A DNA stretch of 64,000 bases from an uncultured Candidatus Saccharibacteria bacterium (GTDB taxonomy: Bacteria; Patescibacteriota; Dojkabacteria; SC72). Each line of letters starts with the position of its first letter. Position 1 is the first letter of the stretch. The notes beneath the pieces are model-generated. The model had not been told where the DNA came from. It saw nothing but the letters and a program-made list of their open reading frames with translations, and searched no databases. Shown piece after piece: positions 59,463-64,000 of this stretch. The stretch is from positions 120,035 through 184,034 of the forward strand of contig CAZSUV010000001.1 in assembly GCA_964610125.1 (NCBI GenBank), given 5' to 3'. Made by a program: the position numbers and the translations under genes.

Positions 59463-60752
59463 ATGGTATCATCTGAGAACGAATGGATTAATACTATGTT
59501 TTATCTACTAACGAAATTTACTAAAAAAATTCAAAGAATAGCTGAAAATACTAAGAAAAGGGGTTTAACTCAGACTTTTGCATATCTTGGGTACAAGCTT
59601 TCTATCAACCCTGTTTCATTAAAGTTAAGGCAATCAAAGTTAGATAAACAGTTAGGTGAAATACTTAAGGAGAACGAGGGAAAACCAATAATCCTTTCTA
59701 TGTCTTTCATAGATTGGAAGGTTCCTCTTTACCAAAGGCCTCAACATATAGCTATACAATTAGCTAAAAAGGGGTATTTGTATTTCTACAATACTAGAAA
59801 TGGATATGATTTCTTAGATGGATACAAGAAGATTGGTGAGAATATGTATCTTACGAATAGGTTTGATGATGTATATGAGAAGTTAAAGGGTAAAAAGAAA
59901 TATATACATTTGTATTCTACTAATATGTATGAGGATGATGAGAAGAGATTGGAAAGAGCTTTAGATAATGGGGATATGATTTTGTATGAGTATATTGATG
60001 AGATTAGTGAGAAAATATCTGGAAAAGAGATTCCAAAGTTTGTATTGGATAGGCATGAGAGATTACTTAAGGATGAAGAGCATTGTTTTGTTATAGCTAC
60101 TGCAGACAAACTTTACAATGATGTTGCTAAGTACAGGAGGAGGAATTTTGAATTGGTAACTAATGGAGTAGTGTATGAACATTTCAGAGATATTGAAAAT
60201 AGCATTCCTAAGGAGATGGAAGTGGTTGTTGATCAGAAGAAACCAATAATAGGGTACTATGGTGCTTTGGCTAGTTGGTTTGATTACAAGGTTATTAAAG
60301 AGGTTGCTAATATGAGGAAGGATTGGAATATTGTGTTAATAGGTTGGGACTATGATGGTACTTTCAAGAATTCGGGATTGGATAATTTAAAGAATGTATT
60401 TGTTGTTCCTCCTGTTAATTACCATAAGCTTCCTTTGTATGCTCAATGGTTTGATGTATGTATGATTCCATTCCAGATAAATGAGGTTACATTATCTACG
60501 TCTCCTGTTAAGTTATTTGAATATATGGCTTTAGGTAAACCTATTGTTACTACACCTATGCCTGAGTGTAAGAAATACAAGAGTGTATTGATAGCTGAGA
60601 ATGATGCTAAGGATTTTGCTAAGAAGATTGAAGAAGGATTAAAACTAAGAGGTGATGCTAAGTATGAGGAGTTGCTTAAAAAAGAAGCATTAGAAAATAC
60701 TTGGGAGAAGAAGGCGGAAGATATAAATATACTAATAAAGATCGTAAAATAA
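59463..60752 (+). CDS. GT-B (GT4-like) glycosyltransferase, paralog of 53418..54650
   Basis: QRPQH, IGYYGALASW, PVKLFEYMALGKPIV; true start may be 59496. Confidence 0.88.
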   Translation: MVSSENEWINTMFYLLTKFTKKIQRIAENTKKRGLTQTFAYLGYKLSINPVSLKLRQSKLDKQLGEILKENEGKPIILSMSFIDWKVPLYQRPQHIAIQLAKKGYLYFYNTRNGYDFLDGYKKIGENMYLTNRFDDVYEKLKGKKKYIHLYSTNMYEDDEKRLERALDNGDMILYEYIDEISEKISGKEIPKFVLDRHERLLKDEEHCFVIATADKLYNDVAKYRRRNFELVTNGVVYEHFRDIENSIPKEMEVVVDQKKPIIGYYGALASWFDYKVIKEVANMRKDWNIVLIGWDYDGTFKNSGLDNLKNVFVVPPVNYHKLPLYAQWFDVCMIPFQINEVTLSTSPVKLFEYMALGKPIVTTPMPECKKYKSVLIAENDAKDFAKKIEEGLKLRGDAKYEELLKKEALENTWEKKAEDINILIKIVK

Positions 60753-60770
60753 GTTTTATAAAGTTATAAT

Positions 60771-61799
60771 ATGATTATTAGATCCAAGGCACCATTAAGA
60801 TTAGGATTGGCAGGAGGTGGAACAGATGTTGCTCCTTTTTGTGATCAATATGGAGGTTATGTGCTTAATGTCACAATAGGTTTGTATGCATATTGTACTA
60901 TTGAGCCAACGAAAGATGGAAAAATATCTTTCTATTCCTCAGATAGAGATGAATATTTTGAGTGTAAAAGTACTTCACATATAGAGTTAGATGATAAGTT
61001 GATTCTTCATAAAGGAGTTTATAATCGAATAGTCAAAGACTTTAATAACGGGAAGCCCTTATCTTTCAAAATGACAACTTATGCTGATGTTCCTGCGGGA
61101 TCAGGATTAGGATCATCTTCAACAATGGTAGTTGCTCTAATAAAAGCATATATGGAATGGCTAAATCTTCCATTAGGGGAATACGATACGGCTAATTTAG
61201 CATATGAAATTGAAAGGATTGATTTAGGCCTTTCCGGAGGAATGCAAGATCAGTATTCAGCTACTTTCGGTGGATTGAATTTCATGGAATTCCTAGGTGG
61301 AGAAAGAGTAATAGTTAATCCTCTCAGAATAAAGAATTGGGTAAAAAATGAACTGGAGAATTCTTTAATACTATATTATCTAGGAGCTTCAAGGGATAGT
61401 GCGAAAATTATCACGGAACAGATAAAAAATGTTGAAAAAAAGAGCAAGAAAAATATTGATGCCATGCTTGAAACGAAAGAAAAGGCTGTGATTATGAAAG
61501 AAGCAATTTTAAAAGGAGATTTTGAATCTTTTGCAACTTGTCTTAATTCGGGATGGGAGGCAAAGAAAAGGATGGCCTCTGTTATTAGTAATAAAGATAT
61601 TGATAAAATATTCCGCTATGTCATGTCCCATGGAGGAAAAGCTGCAAAGATCTCCGGTGCAGGGGGAGGTGGTTTTATGATGATAATTGTAGACCCTGCA
61701 AAAAGATTTGAATTAGTTGAAGCTTTGAAGAAAAAAGGAGGAATAGTTTTTAAAACTATGATTGTTGAAAAGGGTACTGAGGCTTGGACTTTATATTAA
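60771..61799 (+). CDS. hddA: D-glycero-D-manno-heptose 7-phosphate kinase (GHMP)
   Basis: [40 protein letters not shown]. Confidence 0.9.
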   Translation: MIIRSKAPLRLGLAGGGTDVAPFCDQYGGYVLNVTIGLYAYCTIEPTKDGKISFYSSDRDEYFECKSTSHIELDDKLILHKGVYNRIVKDFNNGKPLSFKMTTYADVPAGSGLGSSSTMVVALIKAYMEWLNLPLGEYDTANLAYEIERIDLGLSGGMQDQYSATFGGLNFMEFLGGERVIVNPLRIKNWVKNELENSLILYYLGASRDSAKIITEQIKNVEKKSKKNIDAMLETKEKAVIMKEAILKGDFESFATCLNSGWEAKKRMASVISNKDIDKIFRYVMSHGGKAAKISGAGGGGFMMIIVDPAKRFELVEALKKKGGIVFKTMIVEKGTEAWTLY

Positions 61800-61814
61800 T
61801 TTAGCTAATTAAGC

Positions 61815-62507
61815 ATGGAGGCAATTATTTTAGCTGGTGGACTAGGTACAAGGCTTGCACATATAGTTAATGATGCTCCTAAGTCTATGGCACTAGTTTG
61901 TGAAAAGCCATTTCTGAAATATGTTCTTGATAATTTAAAGAAATATCACTTTAAGCATATTGTTTTAGCCGTTGGACATATGCGAGAGCAGATTATGGAT
62001 TACGTCGGGAACGAATATCGTGGTATGGAAATAACATATTCGATTGAAGAATCTCTTTTGGGAACTGGTGGGGGAATAAGGCAGGCATTATCTTTTTGTA
62101 ATGATTCTGAAGTTTATGTGTTGAATGGTGACAGCTTTTTAGAAGTAGATTTTAAAGCAATGCGAGATTTTCATTTAATGAAACTTTCCGATGTAACAAT
62201 CGCTACAAAACATATGATCGATTTTGACCGTTATGGAACGATTAATATTGATAATACAAGTAAAAAGATTTTATCTTTTAATGAAAAGAAGTACCAAGAA
62301 GATGGGATAATTAGTGGGGGGATATATTTAATCAGGAAAAATACCTTAGATAATATAAAAGAAAAAAAATTTTCAATTGAGAAAGATGTATTTGAAAATA
62401 GGGATCTTAATCTTGATATGTACGCATTTGGAACAGATGGATATTTTATTGATATTGGTGTTCCAGAAGATTACTATCGGGCTCAAGAAGATTTTGCTAA
62501 ATTTTAA
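61815..62507 (+). CDS. hddC: heptose 1-phosphate guanylyltransferase
   Basis: ILAGGLGTRL, PK.MA, LGTGG, NGDS, FIDIGVPEDY; context. Confidence 0.82.
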   Translation: MEAIILAGGLGTRLAHIVNDAPKSMALVCEKPFLKYVLDNLKKYHFKHIVLAVGHMREQIMDYVGNEYRGMEITYSIEESLLGTGGGIRQALSFCNDSEVYVLNGDSFLEVDFKAMRDFHLMKLSDVTIATKHMIDFDRYGTINIDNTSKKILSFNEKKYQEDGIISGGIYLIRKNTLDNIKEKKFSIEKDVFENRDLNLDMYAFGTDGYFIDIGVPEDYYRAQEDFAKF

Positions 62508-62519
62508 TTGTAAATAAAT

Positions 62520-63011
62520 TTGAATAAAGCGATTTTTTTGGATAGAGATGGTACTTTGAATGTAGAGAAAAATTACTTGTATAAGATAGAAGATTTCGAG
62601 TTTATACCTGGCATGCCTGAAGCTATAAAAAGATGGAATGAATTGGGATACAAGGTTATAGTTGTAACAAACCAGGCTGGAGTGGCAAGAGGTTACTATT
62701 CTGAGGATGACGTTATGAGTCTGCATACATATATAAATGAGTTGCTAATTAAATCAGGAGCCTATATTGATGCCTTCTATTACTGTCCTCACCACCCAAT
62801 TCACGGAATTGGAAAATATAAGGTAGAATGTAGTTGTAGAAAACCAAAAACAGGAATGTTAGAACAAGCAATATTAGATTTCGATATTAATGTAGCGCAG
62901 TCATATTTATTTGGTGACCATGATTCGGATATAGAAGCAGGGGAAAAAATGAAAATAAGGTCTTATAAAGTTGATGGATATTTATTCAATATAGAAAAAT
63001 ATAAATTTTAG
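62520..63011 (+). CDS. gmhB: heptose bisphosphate phosphatase
   Basis: [31 protein letters not shown]. Confidence 0.92.
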   Translation: MNKAIFLDRDGTLNVEKNYLYKIEDFEFIPGMPEAIKRWNELGYKVIVVTNQAGVARGYYSEDDVMSLHTYINELLIKSGAYIDAFYYCPHHPIHGIGKYKVECSCRKPKTGMLEQAILDFDINVAQSYLFGDHDSDIEAGEKMKIRSYKVDGYLFNIEKYKF

Positions 63012-63026
63012 AAAAGATACATCATT

Positions 63027-63761
63027 ATGGATCAAAAGATTTACGAAAATATAGATCAAAGATTTGCAAAATATTATAAATGGGTTGAAGAAAATAAGGA
63101 AAGTCTTCTAAGTCAAGCAGAATTGGAGAAGTATCAATATGATTGGCCACGATTTGCCCTATCAATTGGACTAATGGATAAATATTATGGAAATAAAAAG
63201 CTACAAATATTAGAACTTGGTGGAGAAGGGGTTTCGACTAAATTTCTTAGAGCATATTTCCCCAATTGGAATATAAGTAACTATTGTGATGATCTAAGAC
63301 AGAAAAATTGGGATTTAAAGGACGGACAATATGATTTAATTGTTAGTATGGAAGTTGTTGAACATTTGTCGGATGTAAATGAAGATCATTTTGAATGGAA
63401 TGCATCATTTCTTTACTCTGGATTAATGAATTGTTTGGAAGAAAGCAATAGAGTGTTGAACAACAAAGGGAGAATATTTTTAACAACACCGAATGCTTTG
63501 AGCAACATTCACTTTTATAAAATGATTGTAGGCGAAATCCCTCATCAATATTCCCCTCATGTTCGAGAGTATACATATGAGGAACTACTTGGGATTATTA
63601 AACAAATGAAACTGCCAGTTAGAAACTATGAATGTCTTGAGGCTTTGTGCGTATGTTGGGATTTCTCATATATAACGGATTTTATAAAAAAATCAAAAGG
63701 AAATTTGAAAAACAGACACTCTACCTTGTTTTTTGACTTAGGCGTAAACAAAGTAATATAA
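63027..63761 (+). CDS. class I SAM-dependent methyltransferase
   Basis: ILELGG, YDLIVSMEVVEHL, LTTPN, HVREY. Confidence 0.85.
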   Translation: MDQKIYENIDQRFAKYYKWVEENKESLLSQAELEKYQYDWPRFALSIGLMDKYYGNKKLQILELGGEGVSTKFLRAYFPNWNISNYCDDLRQKNWDLKDGQYDLIVSMEVVEHLSDVNEDHFEWNASFLYSGLMNCLEESNRVLNNKGRIFLTTPNALSNIHFYKMIVGEIPHQYSPHVREYTYEELLGIIKQMKLPVRNYECLEALCVCWDFSYITDFIKKSKGNLKNRHSTLFFDLGVNKVI

Positions 63762-63817
63762 AAATATTTTGTATGCCCCTATAGAGTTATTTATTGTCAT
63801 AATATATACTTATAGAA

Positions 63818-64000
63818 ATGGATAACGAGACACTAAAAAATTTAGATAATAAGTTCATAAAATATTATGAATGGCTTAATCAGAGCAAAAATTCTCTTTT
63901 GACTCAGGAAGAATTAGAAATTTTTAAATATCATTGGGTTCGATTCGCCGTTTCCATAGGTTTGTTAGATCAATATTATGGAAATAAAGAGATGCGAGTT
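63818..64000 (+). CDS. second methyltransferase paralog, 5' part (runs off the window)
   Basis: MDNETLKNLDNKFIKYYEW..RFAVSIGLLDQYYGNK aligns with the N-terminus of 63027..63761. Confidence 0.85.
   Translation, partial: MDNETLKNLDNKFIKYYEWLNQSKNSLLTQEELEIFKYHWVRFAVSIGLLDQYYGNKEMRV

Noticed and set aside
1-64000. Stop-codon reassignment (code 25)
   Set aside because: Conserved genes are full length under the standard code, and TGA ends 24093..24728 in an ATGA overlap with trmD
1-64000. CRISPR array, prophage, reverse transcriptase or rRNA
   Set aside because: No spaced direct repeats, cas, phage, RT or rRNA signatures seen

Overview
AT-rich chromosomal window from a reduced-genome Patescibacteria (CPR) bacterium, probably Dojkabacteria/WS6-like. 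This placement is an inference from the missing uL30, the form II/III RuBisCO, the archaeal-type UMP kinase and the alpha2 GlyRS. 1-11.7 kb is the S10/spc/alpha ribosomal cluster, with no rpmC or rpmD in their usual slots. 11.7-50 kb holds housekeeping and tRNA-handling genes (compact rnpB, fmt, queA, tgt, rny, hup, pyrH, two Gre factors, trmD, glyQS, lysS, serS, miaA, tRNA-Glu, tRNA-Pro), eroded SecD/SecF-like genes, RuBisCO beside prs, redox genes and a palindrome-flanked RAYT transposase. 52-64 kb is a wzm/wzt surface-glycan locus with a Gtr/STELLO cassette and GDP-heptose genes. The most striking unannotated signal is a ~340-nt minus-strand RNA (about 29189 to 28852) with a near-consensus promoter. 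It folds into four multibranch domains, two of them tRNA-shaped but non-canonical, and is transcribed divergently from a small unknown protein. Second is a Ser-rich leader peptide in a structured 5' leader of serS. All calls are by eye; no searches or folding programs were run.
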